Shown one piece after another: positions 21,606 through 30,348 of a stretch of DNA of 64,000 nt (its first letter is position 1; every line of letters begins with the position of its first letter). This DNA comes from Candidatus Poseidoniaceae archaeon (GTDB taxonomy: Archaea; Thermoplasmatota; Poseidoniia; Poseidoniales; Poseidoniaceae), in NCBI GenBank assembly GCA_049616955.1, contig JBMZIJ010000007.1, forward strand, positions 4,410-68,409, read 5' to 3'. A model generated the notes under the pieces. That model saw nothing but the letters and a program-made list of their open reading frames with translations. It searched no databases and had not been told where the DNA came from. A program made the translations under genes and the position numbers.

Positions 21606-22793
21606 TAAACTTCGAGCGACAACAATGCGTTGAACCTCTTGAGTACCTTCGTAGATCTGGGTGATTTTTGCATCTCGGAAGAACCGTTCAACCGGGAATT
21701 CCTTGGTGTACCCGTATCCACCATGCACTTGAATAGCGCGTTCGGATACCCACATTGCCGTATCGCCTGCGTACAACTTTGCCATACTGGCTTCTTTCGT
21801 ATGGCGGGGCCCATCGTGTTCGTAATGCTGTTGTTTCGCCCATGAGGCCTTGTAGACGAGGTGTCTGGCAGCATCAATTCGTGTGGCCATATCGGCAAGA
21901 ATGCCCATGATCATCTGATGATGAGCGATTGGTTTGCCGAATGCCTCACGCTCATGTGCGTACTTGAGCGATGCCTCGTATGCACCTTGGGCAATACCAA
22001 GGGCTTGGGCAGCGATTCCAATACGTGAGTTGTCAAGAGCATTCATCGCAATCGGGAAACCATTCCCTGCTCCTTTGATGACATTCTCAACAGGTACCTT
22101 ACAATCCTTCAGCACAAGGGTGCACGTATCTGAGGAACGAATGCCGAGCTTGTCTTCCTTTTTGCCGACAGAGAACCCTTCAAACGATGAATCAACAATG
22201 AATGCAGTTGTACCACCGTGTTTCTTCACACCGTAATCTGGATGATCGACGTCCTTTGCGAAAAGAACGATGATTTTGGCCTGTGCTCCATTGGTAACCC
22301 ACATCTTCTCACCGTTGAGGATGTAGTGCTTTCCATCGTCGGAGAGTTTTGCTTTGCAGGTCATGGCTGCGGCATCTGTACCAGCACCTGCCTCGGAAAG
22401 TGAGTAGGCACCTACTTCGCCTTCAGCGAGGCGAGGCAGATATGTTTCCTTCTGATATTCGTCGCCATGGAGAGCGATTGTTTTCGCACAAAGTCCAACG
22501 TGAACACAGAACATGACTGAGAATGAAGGATCAACCCGAGCAAGTTCCTCAACGATAATTGATTCTGAGATGTCATCGACTGGCATTCCACCGTACTGTT
22601 CTGGTACGGTGACACCTTGGAGCCCCAACTCAAGGAATTGTTGCCATTCCTCTGCAGGAGGTGTCTGAGTTTGATCTCGATGTTCGACTGTGGGGGTAAG
22701 AACCGATTCTGCAAAATCGCGAACCATCTCTCGAATCATGTCTTGTTCATCGGTCGCTTTGAAGTCCATACGCTCACCAATTACCTCTAACAA
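21600..22793 (-). CDS. Acyl-CoA dehydrogenase
   Basis: 397 aa. SEAGAGTDAAAM, WVTNG, the ARIGIAAQALGIAQGAYE-type block, QVHGGYGYTKEFPVERFFRDAKITQIYEGTQEVQ. Confidence 0.9.
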   Translation of the reverse strand: MLEVIGERMDFKATDEQDMIREMVRDFAESVLTPTVEHRDQTQTPPAEEWQQFLELGLQGVTVPEQYGGMPVDDISESIIVEELARVDPSFSVMFCVHVGLCAKTIALHGDEYQKETYLPRLAEGEVGAYSLSEAGAGTDAAAMTCKAKLSDDGKHYILNGEKMWVTNGAQAKIIVLFAKDVDHPDYGVKKHGGTTAFIVDSSFEGFSVGKKEDKLGIRSSDTCTLVLKDCKVPVENVIKGAGNGFPIAMNALDNSRIGIAAQALGIAQGAYEASLKYAHEREAFGKPIAHHQMIMGILADMATRIDAARHLVYKASWAKQQHYEHDGPRHTKEASMAKLYAGDTAMWVSERAIQVHGGYGYTKEFPVERFFRDAKITQIYEGTQEVQRIVVARSLL

Positions 22794-22888
22794 GGGCTTT
22801 CACTTAATGGATGTGCTACGACCACATCACCACGAATATAGCGATGGTTCATATAGGAGTTGTTTGAGCCGCGTACAGGTGATATGGC

Positions 22889-23293
22889 TTGGATGAAGAG
22901 GTCGTAGAATTTAACATTGCACACAACCGAAAGTACTCAATTGACCATCTCTGGTATCAGGAAAAGGATGATGAGAAGATCATGGTCGGTATCAGTGAAT
23001 TCATGGGTGTTGAGATTGGAGAAGTCCTTCGAGTTATTCTCCCTCAGGCCGAAACCATGGTCGACGAAGGACAGGACATGTTTTCTCTTTGGACTGGGGA
23101 GGAAAAAATTGCCTTCACGGCACCGTTCTCAGGGACGATTACCGAAGTCAATGGAGAGGTTGAAATCAATCCAGATCTCGTCAATGAATCTGCTTACGAT
23201 CTCGGCTGGATTTTGGTTCTACAACCATTCCAGTTTGACATGGAGAATCTGCTTGAACCTGACGAATACGTCGAGTACCTCTCCGAACTTTGA
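22889..23293 (+). CDS. Glycine-cleavage H-protein-like (lipoyl-domain fold) protein, non-canonical
   Basis: 134 aa. HLWYQEKDDEKIMVGISEF...APFSGTITEVNGEVEINPDLVNESAYDLGWILVL follows the GcvH scaffold. In an ungapped comparison the position of the lipoyl-Lys is Glu (WTGEEKIAF). Confidence 0.6.
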   Translation: MDEEVVEFNIAHNRKYSIDHLWYQEKDDEKIMVGISEFMGVEIGEVLRVILPQAETMVDEGQDMFSLWTGEEKIAFTAPFSGTITEVNGEVEINPDLVNESAYDLGWILVLQPFQFDMENLLEPDEYVEYLSEL

Positions 23294-23310
23294 TTCGATG
23301 AAGTGGAACC

Positions 23311-23892
23311 ATGTCAAATCCATTGCAGCGATTGAAAGATTCACTTCTGGCTGCACCCATCATCTGGAAGGGCGATTACCCCTACTTCATTCATCCACTA
23401 ACGGATGGCGTACCCCGTCTAGACCCCACCGTACTCACTGCAGTTGTTGAACTGATTGAGGACGCTGTAAAATGGGATTCAATCGACCTCGTTTTAGGGA
23501 TTGAAGCGATGGGACTTCCTCTGACCAGCCCACTGTCGATGAGAAACAATCGCCCTCAGGTTGTTGTGCGAAAGCGCTCTTATGGACTCGAAGGAGAACT
23601 TGCAATCGATCAATCCACCGGTTATTCCAAAGGCTCAATGTTCCTAAACGACATCAACAAGGGCGAGCGAATTCTCATTGTCGATGACGTCTTGTCAACA
23701 GGCGGAACACTCGATGCGATTATCCAAGGTGTCGAATCCTTAGGTGCAGTGATCGCATCTGTCGTCGTTGTTGTCGAAAAAGGACCCGGGTTGGCGCAAC
23801 TGCAAGAAAAATATCCGCACATTGAAATTTCATCAATCGTTCGGCTTGAAATGGATGAAGGAAGGGTTGTCCTTCTTGATGAGGTGATTTGA
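23311..23892 (+). CDS. Purine phosphoribosyltransferase (archaeal Hpt/Apt-like type I PRTase)
   Basis: 193 aa. PRPP-binding loop ERILIVDDVLSTGGTL, and IDLVLGIEAMGLPL. Confidence 0.75.
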   Translation: MSNPLQRLKDSLLAAPIIWKGDYPYFIHPLTDGVPRLDPTVLTAVVELIEDAVKWDSIDLVLGIEAMGLPLTSPLSMRNNRPQVVVRKRSYGLEGELAIDQSTGYSKGSMFLNDINKGERILIVDDVLSTGGTLDAIIQGVESLGAVIASVVVVVEKGPGLAQLQEKYPHIEISSIVRLEMDEGRVVLLDEVI

Positions 23893-24998
23893 TGGATTTA
23901 GACAGGCACGACTTCCAGTTGGAAGAACTTATCCAGCGCATTCAGAAAAACGACAACCGACTTGTCGCACTTCAAGTCCCAGAAGGGCTAAAGATGCAAG
24001 CACTCGAAATGATGGATGAGATTGAATCTGGTTCTGGAGCGAAAGTCGTCTTAGCTGCCGATCCATGCTATGGTGCGTGTGATTTGGTTCACGATAAAAT
24101 GAAGATGATGGGTGTCGAACTTGTTGCCCACATGGGACATTCTCAGATGAATATCGACTCAGGAATGCCTACGCAATTTATCGATGTTACATACGACGGC
24201 GATCCTGAACTTGCACCTGTCATTCCTATGCTCAACGCACATTTGGAAATCGCGAAAAAGAGAATGGCTGAACAATCGACTTCTGAATTAACAGAAGAGG
24301 AAGCGAAAGAACGTTTCATGGATGCTGTTGGTCGTATGACGCCGCTAAAAGACACAAAATTGGGGTTGGTTGGAAGCATCCAACACTTGCACCTCTTACC
24401 GGAATTCCATGACCGTCTCGAGAAAGCGGGCTTTGATGTTACAATCCCAATGGGTGGTGCACGACTCACCTTCCCAGGACAAGTGTTGGGTTGCAACTAT
24501 TCAGGCGATGATGACACAATTGGGCATTACCTCTTCCTTGGCAGCGGTGACTTTCACCCAATTGGATTGGTTCTCCATACTGGAAAACCGCTCGCTATGC
24601 TCGACCCATATTCTGGCGATGCCATCGAGATGTCGTTTGAACGAATTGAACGGATTCTACGTCAGCGTTTTGGTTTGATTATGTCGTCCATGGATGCTGA
24701 AAAATTTGGAATTCTCATCGGTGAGAAACCTGGTCAAATGCGAAGAACACTTGCGCTTCGAATGAAGCGGTTGTTGGAGAAGCATGGAAAGAAAGGCTAC
24801 CTTCTCGCACTCGAACATGTCGGACCTGAGTTGATCGATTTCTATCCTGTTGATGCTTTTGTCAACACAGCATGCCCTCGTATTGCCATCGATGATGCGG
24901 TCAAGTATGCAAAACCCCTCATCACACCGTTTGAGCTGGAAGTTGCACTCGGCGAAAAGAAATGGGAACTTGGCTATCAATTCGATGAAATTCCTTGA
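23889..24998 (+). CDS. dph2: Diphthamide biosynthesis protein Dph2 (2-(3-amino-3-carboxypropyl)histidine synthase)
   Basis: 369 aa. LVALQVPEGLK, VLAADPCYGACDL, NTACPRIAIDD. Start overlaps the upstream stop. Confidence 0.85.
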   Translation: MMDLDRHDFQLEELIQRIQKNDNRLVALQVPEGLKMQALEMMDEIESGSGAKVVLAADPCYGACDLVHDKMKMMGVELVAHMGHSQMNIDSGMPTQFIDVTYDGDPELAPVIPMLNAHLEIAKKRMAEQSTSELTEEEAKERFMDAVGRMTPLKDTKLGLVGSIQHLHLLPEFHDRLEKAGFDVTIPMGGARLTFPGQVLGCNYSGDDDTIGHYLFLGSGDFHPIGLVLHTGKPLAMLDPYSGDAIEMSFERIERILRQRFGLIMSSMDAEKFGILIGEKPGQMRRTLALRMKRLLEKHGKKGYLLALEHVGPELIDFYPVDAFVNTACPRIAIDDAVKYAKPLITPFELEVALGEKKWELGYQFDEIP

Positions 24999-26251
24999 AC
25001 AACGTTGATTTTTCGTTTGGTAAAGAGCGAGTGTTCAAGAACGGTTGGCATCAAGATGCAACCAGCATGAGCGACTATCTCGACCGAATCGGTTCAGGAC
25101 TCATCCTTCTGAACCCTGACCCTTTGGATTTTGATTACATTCCAGAAGTCATGGTGGGACGTGAAGATATTCAAGAGTCGCTTGCTGGTAAATTTCATTC
25201 CATTGCCCATCCAAATGGAAGTGCCAACGTTGTCATCACCGGCCCAGTTGGAAGTGGGAAAACCCTCCTTGCTCGAACGTTTTGCCGAGACATCGAATAC
25301 CATCTTCGAAATAGAAGGCCGCTTCGAAGCGTTCACATCAACTGTCGCAATGCTACGACCAACGTACGAGTTGCCCAGCGTATTGTCCAGTCCTTGGATC
25401 CCGGTCATCCAGATCGTGGTCTCTCGATGGGTGAATTGTTGAGCAGCCTGAGAAAGTTGCTGAGGAATAATGGCAGGCATTTGATCATCGTCCTCGATGA
25501 AGTTGACCACTTGTTGCGCAAATCGGGGAACGACCTCATCTACCAATTGCTTCGTATCGATGAAGATCAAGAAGGAAGCGGCACCCTATCTCTCATCCTC
25601 ATCAGCCAAGAGCAAGTCCTCGATGTTCTCGAAAACGCAGTTATTTCCAGGTTTGGGCATACCAACCACTTGCCGATTCCGCCATACGACATGAAAGGAC
25701 TTCATGCGATTGTGCGTCAACGTGCAGAGGCTGCACTCAACCCAAGATCGTGGGACGATGAACTTCTGAAACTCATCGCGACGTCTGCTGCACCTTCAGG
25801 TGATGCGCGGCAAGTTATCGAACTGCTCGGTGCTGCTGTTGAACACGCTGAATCCGAAGGTCAGAAGAGTATCCTTCCCGAGCATGTCCAGACCAAGGCA
25901 CGCAAGGTTCCGCAAGTCATGCCTGAAGATGTTCTCGATGAACTATCGGGTCATTCGATGCTTGTTCTACTCGGTATCTGCCGAAGGCTCCGGAAGGCTG
26001 AATTCATGACGAGCAAAGACGTTGAATCCATCTATACCGTAGTGTGCGAGGAGTATGAAGTCAAGCCTCGAAGCCACACGACCGTCTGGAAATTCCTCAA
26101 ACACATTGAGAGTTTGAACATCATTGCCACTCGAGTTGACACAGTGGGAGAAGGTCGAGGACGGACAACCCACATCTCCATGCCACACGCTCTCCCGGTG
26201 GATGTTGCTGCTCGAATTGAAGGAAGAGTTGCTCTGAAACTGAAACGATGA
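24995..26251 (+). CDS. cdc6: Orc1/Cdc6 replication initiator
   Basis: 418 aa. DYIPEVMVGREDIQESL, Walker A ITGPVGSGKT, Walker B IIVLDEVD, C-terminal winged helix. The track start is TTG overlapping the dph2 stop; an alternative ATG at 25067 gives MSDYLDR. Confidence 0.85.
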   Translation: MNNVDFSFGKERVFKNGWHQDATSMSDYLDRIGSGLILLNPDPLDFDYIPEVMVGREDIQESLAGKFHSIAHPNGSANVVITGPVGSGKTLLARTFCRDIEYHLRNRRPLRSVHINCRNATTNVRVAQRIVQSLDPGHPDRGLSMGELLSSLRKLLRNNGRHLIIVLDEVDHLLRKSGNDLIYQLLRIDEDQEGSGTLSLILISQEQVLDVLENAVISRFGHTNHLPIPPYDMKGLHAIVRQRAEAALNPRSWDDELLKLIATSAAPSGDARQVIELLGAAVEHAESEGQKSILPEHVQTKARKVPQVMPEDVLDELSGHSMLVLLGICRRLRKAEFMTSKDVESIYTVVCEEYEVKPRSHTTVWKFLKHIESLNIIATRVDTVGEGRGRTTHISMPHALPVDVAARIEGRVALKLKR

Positions 26252-26318
26252 TGAACAAATAGCATGCGGTGAGGCTAAATAGGGGTCGTTTGTCGCTAGG
26301 TTGCTAGAGGAATGCTTC

Positions 26319-26834
26319 ATGGCTGATGGAAACTCATTTGTTGCAGTGGTCAACGATACCACAACCAAGTTGACTCGTACCACAAAGAATGGTAAGGAGA
26401 AGACCTATTCCCCATCCTACAAGACGGTGATTTCCGGTGCGAACCACGCACAATTGCTTGGAAAGAAAATCGGTGACGTAATCGAAGGTGTTTTCGTTGG
26501 CGAAGGTGAATCCCTTCTGACAGGATACAAACTCGAAATCACAGGTGGTTCTGATAAGACCGGAACACCAATGCGCCGAGATCTTGAGGGCGGTTCTCGA
26601 CAAGCGATTCTCGTCACTGCTTCGACTGGTTTCAAGGGACACAACCTCGTTTCCAAGACCAAGAAGGGTGAGAAGAAGCGATTCCGATACAAGCCTGAAG
26701 GTATGCGCAAGCGACGTGTTTTCCGTGGAAACACCATCACGCAAGACACACGTCAAATCAATCTCAAAGTTGTTGATGCCGGAAACATCGGTCTAGACAA
26801 GTTGCTCGGTGAGGAAGAAGCTGCAGCGGAGTGA
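26319..26834 (+). CDS. rps6e: 30S ribosomal protein S6e
   Basis: KLEITGGSDKTGTPMRRDLEG, GMRKRRVFRGNTI. I prefer the Met at 26319 (MADGNSFVAVVND, matching the usual M..FKVVVSD N-terminus) over the track start at 26301. Confidence 0.85.
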   Translation: MADGNSFVAVVNDTTTKLTRTTKNGKEKTYSPSYKTVISGANHAQLLGKKIGDVIEGVFVGEGESLLTGYKLEITGGSDKTGTPMRRDLEGGSRQAILVTASTGFKGHNLVSKTKKGEKKRFRYKPEGMRKRRVFRGNTITQDTRQINLKVVDAGNIGLDKLLGEEEAAAE

Positions 26835-26876
26835 AACCCGAGAGGGTTGAATCGGTGAACAAGGAGGAATGGAAGC

Positions 26877-28115
26877 ATGGCACGAACGCTTCCATCTCAA
26901 CCTGAAGTCAACATTGGCCTTGTAGGCCACGTCGACCACGGAAAAACAACACTCACACAAGCGCTTTCCGGTGTTTGGACGGACACGCATTCCGAAGAAC
27001 GACGTCGTGGAATCTCAATCAAACTTGGTTATGCTGATACAGCGTTTTACAAGACGGATTCAGGACAATATTATGCCACTGGACGACACCCAGAAGGTGG
27101 GAAAGACGTTGATTCCGATCTTCAAAGAGTCGTCTCCTTCGTCGATGCACCTGGTCACGAGACACTCATGGCGATTATGATCACTGGCGCATCCATCATG
27201 GATGGTGCTATGCTCATGGTGGCTGCCAACGAAACCTGTCCACAGCCTCAAACTCGTGAACATTTGATGGCTCTTGAAATCGCAGGAATCAAGAACATCG
27301 TTATCGTTCAGAACAAGATTGATTTGGTCTCACGAGAGCGAGCCATGGAATCCTACAACGAGATCAAGACCTTCCTCAAAGGTACCATTGCTGAAGATGC
27401 ACCAATCATACCTGTTTCAGCCCATCATGACGTCAACCTCGACATTCTCATTGAAGCGATTGAAAAGACCATTCCTACGCCGAATCGCGATGCCGACGAG
27501 CGAGCAGTCATGCACATTGCTCGCTCATTTGACGTGAACAGACCGGGTACTCGACCGACAAAATTGACTGGTGGAGTTATCGGAGGTTCAATTGTCGAAG
27601 GTACCTTCAGAGAAGGTGATGAAATCATCATCGGTCCAGGTCGTAAAATTGAGAATGGAAACAAATCGCATTGGGAACCAATTGAGACAACCATTACCAG
27701 CATGCAAGGTGGTGGTGGAAAGCGAGACCAAATGACTGCAGGTGGGTTGTGTGGCTTCGGAACACTCCTCGATCCTTCCATCACCACGGCTGACAATCTT
27801 TCTGGACAGGTTCTTGCCAAGAAAGGCGAATTGCCAGAAGTTCGAACCGAATGTTCGATTGAAGTTAACCTGATGAAGACCATGGTAGCAGGAGATGGTG
27901 AAGAACCCGACATGATTCATCCACTCCGAAACAATGAGATGTTGATGGTCAACGTTGCTACTTCAACTTCGGTTGGTATCGTGAAGGGTGTTGAAAAGAA
28001 CAAGGCAAGTCTGCAGTTGCGTCTTCCAATCTGTGCCGATCAGGGACAACGCGTTTCACTTTCCCGTCGTGTTGGTGCAAGATGGCGCCTTATCGGCCAT
28101 GGAACCATTCAATGA
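26877..28115 (+). CDS. eif2g: Translation initiation factor aIF-2 gamma subunit
   Basis: 412 aa. NIGLVGHVDHGKTTLTQALSG, VSFVDAPGHE, VQNKIDL. Sits in the conserved S6e - aIF2-gamma - PIN gene order. Confidence 0.92.
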   Translation: MARTLPSQPEVNIGLVGHVDHGKTTLTQALSGVWTDTHSEERRRGISIKLGYADTAFYKTDSGQYYATGRHPEGGKDVDSDLQRVVSFVDAPGHETLMAIMITGASIMDGAMLMVAANETCPQPQTREHLMALEIAGIKNIVIVQNKIDLVSRERAMESYNEIKTFLKGTIAEDAPIIPVSAHHDVNLDILIEAIEKTIPTPNRDADERAVMHIARSFDVNRPGTRPTKLTGGVIGGSIVEGTFREGDEIIIGPGRKIENGNKSHWEPIETTITSMQGGGGKRDQMTAGGLCGFGTLLDPSITTADNLSGQVLAKKGELPEVRTECSIEVNLMKTMVAGDGEEPDMIHPLRNNEMLMVNVATSTSVGIVKGVEKNKASLQLRLPICADQGQRVSLSRRVGARWRLIGHGTIQ

Positions 28116-28124
28116 GGTGACACC

Positions 28125-28499
28125 ATGGGCGACGTGCTCATTGATGCATGTGGGTGGGTCGCTCTTATCGATGGCTCGTTTAACATCGATATTGCATTAT
28201 CGAAGCTTGTAGGACCACCTCAGTTTATTCTCATTGATTTAATTCTTGAGGAACTTGAAGAGCTTGAGGCGAGTCGCCCACGTGGAAAGAAATTGATGCT
28301 CGATCTCTTACTTCAGCGTTCATCCATCATTGATTATCCAGACATGCATCCAGATGATGCCTTGATTGAAGTCGCTCTCGAATCAAAAATCCCAATCCTC
28401 ACTGTCGATGCAAATCTTAAGCGTAGAGCTCTTGAACAAGGGATTGGAATTCTTGAAATTGTTAAAGGCAAGAATATCAGACTTGTCAATGGTCTATAG
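28125..28499 (+). CDS. PIN-domain protein (Fcf1/COG1412-like, conserved neighbour of aIF2-gamma)
   Basis: 124 aa. VLIDACGWVALID (N-terminal acidic PIN residue), DDALIEVALESKIPILTVDANLKRRA. Confidence 0.65.
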   Translation: MGDVLIDACGWVALIDGSFNIDIALSKLVGPPQFILIDLILEELEELEASRPRGKKLMLDLLLQRSSIIDYPDMHPDDALIEVALESKIPILTVDANLKRRALEQGIGILEIVKGKNIRLVNGL

Positions 28500-28612
28500 A
28501 CAACGAAGATTAATAATATTTAATCAACTAAATCAATTTATTAAATTAAATTCTATACTCTCAATAAAACGTCGGTGATGTTGTTAAATATCCTCACCTT
28601 TCTCTTCAAAAC

Positions 28613-29026
28613 ATGAAAGGTGGCATAAGCTCTCAGATGAGTAGTGAACAACGTACTCTCCGTGACAAACTTGTCGAACTCGGTGCAAATGAGAATACTG
28701 CAAGTGTGCTTCTTTGCCTCCACCACCATGGTGCATCAACCTCAAAGGATTTGCAATGTCATTGCAATATTCGGCAACCTGATGTCAGCATGGCTATCTC
28801 TGAATTAAGAGAGATGAATCTTGTTCATTTTTCTCCGAAATCTGAGACTTCTCGTGGCCGTCCAGCCCACATTTACAGGCTTCGAATGAGTCTTGAGCAA
28901 TCGATTCAACCCTTTGTCAATCGTGCAAGAAAACGTGCAAAAGAGATTCTCAACGAGGTTGATGCTGTCCATGATCTCGTTTCAAAAGTTGAACCAAATC
29001 AACATCATGAGTTTACGGCAGCGTGA
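28613..29026 (+). CDS. Winged helix-turn-helix transcriptional regulator (TrmB/MarR-like)
   Basis: 137 aa. NTASVLLCLHHHGASTSKDLQCHCNIRQPDVSMAISELREMNLVHF...RGRPAHIYRL is a typical wHTH with an RGRP wing. Confidence 0.5.
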   Translation: MKGGISSQMSSEQRTLRDKLVELGANENTASVLLCLHHHGASTSKDLQCHCNIRQPDVSMAISELREMNLVHFSPKSETSRGRPAHIYRLRMSLEQSIQPFVNRARKRAKEILNEVDAVHDLVSKVEPNQHHEFTAA

Positions 29027-29306
29027 ACAAAACATCGTCTCCGTGCCCATCGAGTAAACGAAGTTTGACGCCTGCATCTATCCATGCATGAGCATAGTTG
29101 ATGGCTCCAAACGCTCGTATGAAATCACCTTGTTCGAGGAAATACTGTGCATCGTTTGCGTAATCGTCCGCCATTGAAAGCAATGTCTTGAGCATCAACT
29201 CCTCTTCAGGCGTTGAAGCCATTGGAGTTGCCTTTTCTCTCGCTTTTTGTGTAATCGAAAGATAGTGTTGTACACGTTCGACGGTTAGTGTGTGATCCGG
29301 ATTCAT
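29013..29306 (-). CDS. DUF357-like small archaeal protein
   Basis: Trimmed from the 188 aa track ORF. The ATG at 29306 lies 1 nt after the upstream TAG stop (29308-29310) and gives 97 aa ending DDYANDAQYFLEQGDFIRAFGAINYAHAWIDAGVKL. That size and pattern match the archaea-specific DUF357 family as I recall it. Confidence 0.5.
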   Translation of the reverse strand: MNPDHTLTVERVQHYLSITQKAREKATPMASTPEEELMLKTLLSMADDYANDAQYFLEQGDFIRAFGAINYAHAWIDAGVKLRLLDGHGDDVLFTLP

Positions 29307-29307
29307 T

Positions 29308-30348
29308 CTAATCACCGCCTTTCTGCCGCCTGAGAAGTCGTTGAACGTCTTCTTTCCTTCCGAGTGCCTCATAGAGTTCAATCGCTCTCGATAAGCGTCC
29401 CTCCTCTTCGGCTGTTTGAGCCCGCTGGAACAGTTGACGACGTTCATCCCAAGACCGAGCCAACTTAGCATCCGCAGCCTCTTTTTGTCGATGTCGGCGT
29501 TGCTCCTCCGCAAGGTGAGGAGCGACCCAGCGTCGAACCAAGCCATCACGTCGGCATGTGACCATCGAGTTTCTTCCAAGTTGAACCAACATATCCCCTA
29601 AATTCATCCCTTCTCCAATTCTCACTTCACCGCTCTGGGCACTCATGTGATCAAGATGACCTTCGATGCCGAGAACCCACCAACCATCTCCAGCACGGGT
29701 TGCTACAAGTGGCTCAAGCGATTCAATTTCAATTCGCTCGATAGCATCCCAACCATACGGATGAGGGATACCATCCCATAACTGTCCATCGGCGGATTGC
29801 AAAAGCATGCGTCCTTCAATGAGTGGAGATACCCAACTCCATACCGTCGTATCGACAACTCGGCGTTTGTCTTGTTGAGCGATTTGGCCACAGTAAACAA
29901 CTCCACTTTCATCTTGCCAGAGGAGATGCTCACGATCTAGCCACCCGATCAGTCGCCGCACCAGACCTGATTGCATACGACGTATTCCGACACCATTTGC
30001 ATCGAAGAGGTGGAGATTCCCATCTCGACCTGACAAGACCCATCCCCCTCCAGGACGGTTGAGAAGTTGCAAAAATCCTCCAGGACTTGACCTTCCTTCA
30101 TGAACCAATGATCCATCAACCGTGTTGAGAAGATAGAAGGCATGAGCTGCAAGGACACCAATTCGCCCATCAGCATTGCAAATAGCATGCACCTTGAATG
30201 GCATACTTCGTTGCCATTGTATTTCATTTGCATCATTAAAGAGAACCAATTCAAGTCCATAAGCAACGCACAGATGACCATTTACGGATTCAACAGCACT
30301 TATTCTTGAAGGCGATTGCCACGACCAACTTACCGACCAAGACATCAC
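29308..30348 (-). CDS. Beta-propeller (PQQ/WD-like repeat) protein with a helical C-terminal tail
   Basis: 346 aa. Recurrent ~40 aa units with G.L.LF(D/N)..G patterns (LVLFNDANEIQW, FYLLNTVDGSLV, LHLFDANGVGI, LLQSADGQLW). The tail EEEGRLSRAIELYEALGRKEDVQRLL is TPR-like. Start (GTG 30348 or ATG 30345) overlaps the upstream TGA. Confidence 0.5.
   Translation of the reverse strand: MMSWSVSWSWQSPSRISAVESVNGHLCVAYGLELVLFNDANEIQWQRSMPFKVHAICNADGRIGVLAAHAFYLLNTVDGSLVHEGRSSPGGFLQLLNRPGGGWVLSGRDGNLHLFDANGVGIRRMQSGLVRRLIGWLDREHLLWQDESGVVYCGQIAQQDKRRVVDTTVWSWVSPLIEGRMLLQSADGQLWDGIPHPYGWDAIERIEIESLEPLVATRAGDGWWVLGIEGHLDHMSAQSGEVRIGEGMNLGDMLVQLGRNSMVTCRRDGLVRRWVAPHLAEEQRRHRQKEAADAKLARSWDERRQLFQRAQTAEEEGRLSRAIELYEALGRKEDVQRLLRRQKGGD

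Noticed and set aside
28500-28612. Most AT-rich tract in the window (TTAATAATATTTAATCAACTAAATCAATTTATTAAATTAAATT), considered as a replication origin because cdc6 lies 2.2 kb upstream
   Set aside because: It is only ~110 bp and is not adjacent to cdc6 (which overlaps dph2 upstream and is followed after 50 bp by rps6e). I could not find repeated ORB-like elements with G-strings flanking it. It is more simply the promoter/5' region of the wHTH gene at 28613. Testing this would need an ORB motif search and a GC-skew analysis on the whole contig.
29307-29579. N-terminal 91 aa of the 188 aa minus-strand ORF (29013-29579)
   Set aside because: This part overlaps the 3' end of the beta-propeller gene in another frame. 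The DUF357-like region starts at the ATG at 29306, 1 nt after that gene's stop. The longer form is an artefact of longest-ORF calling.
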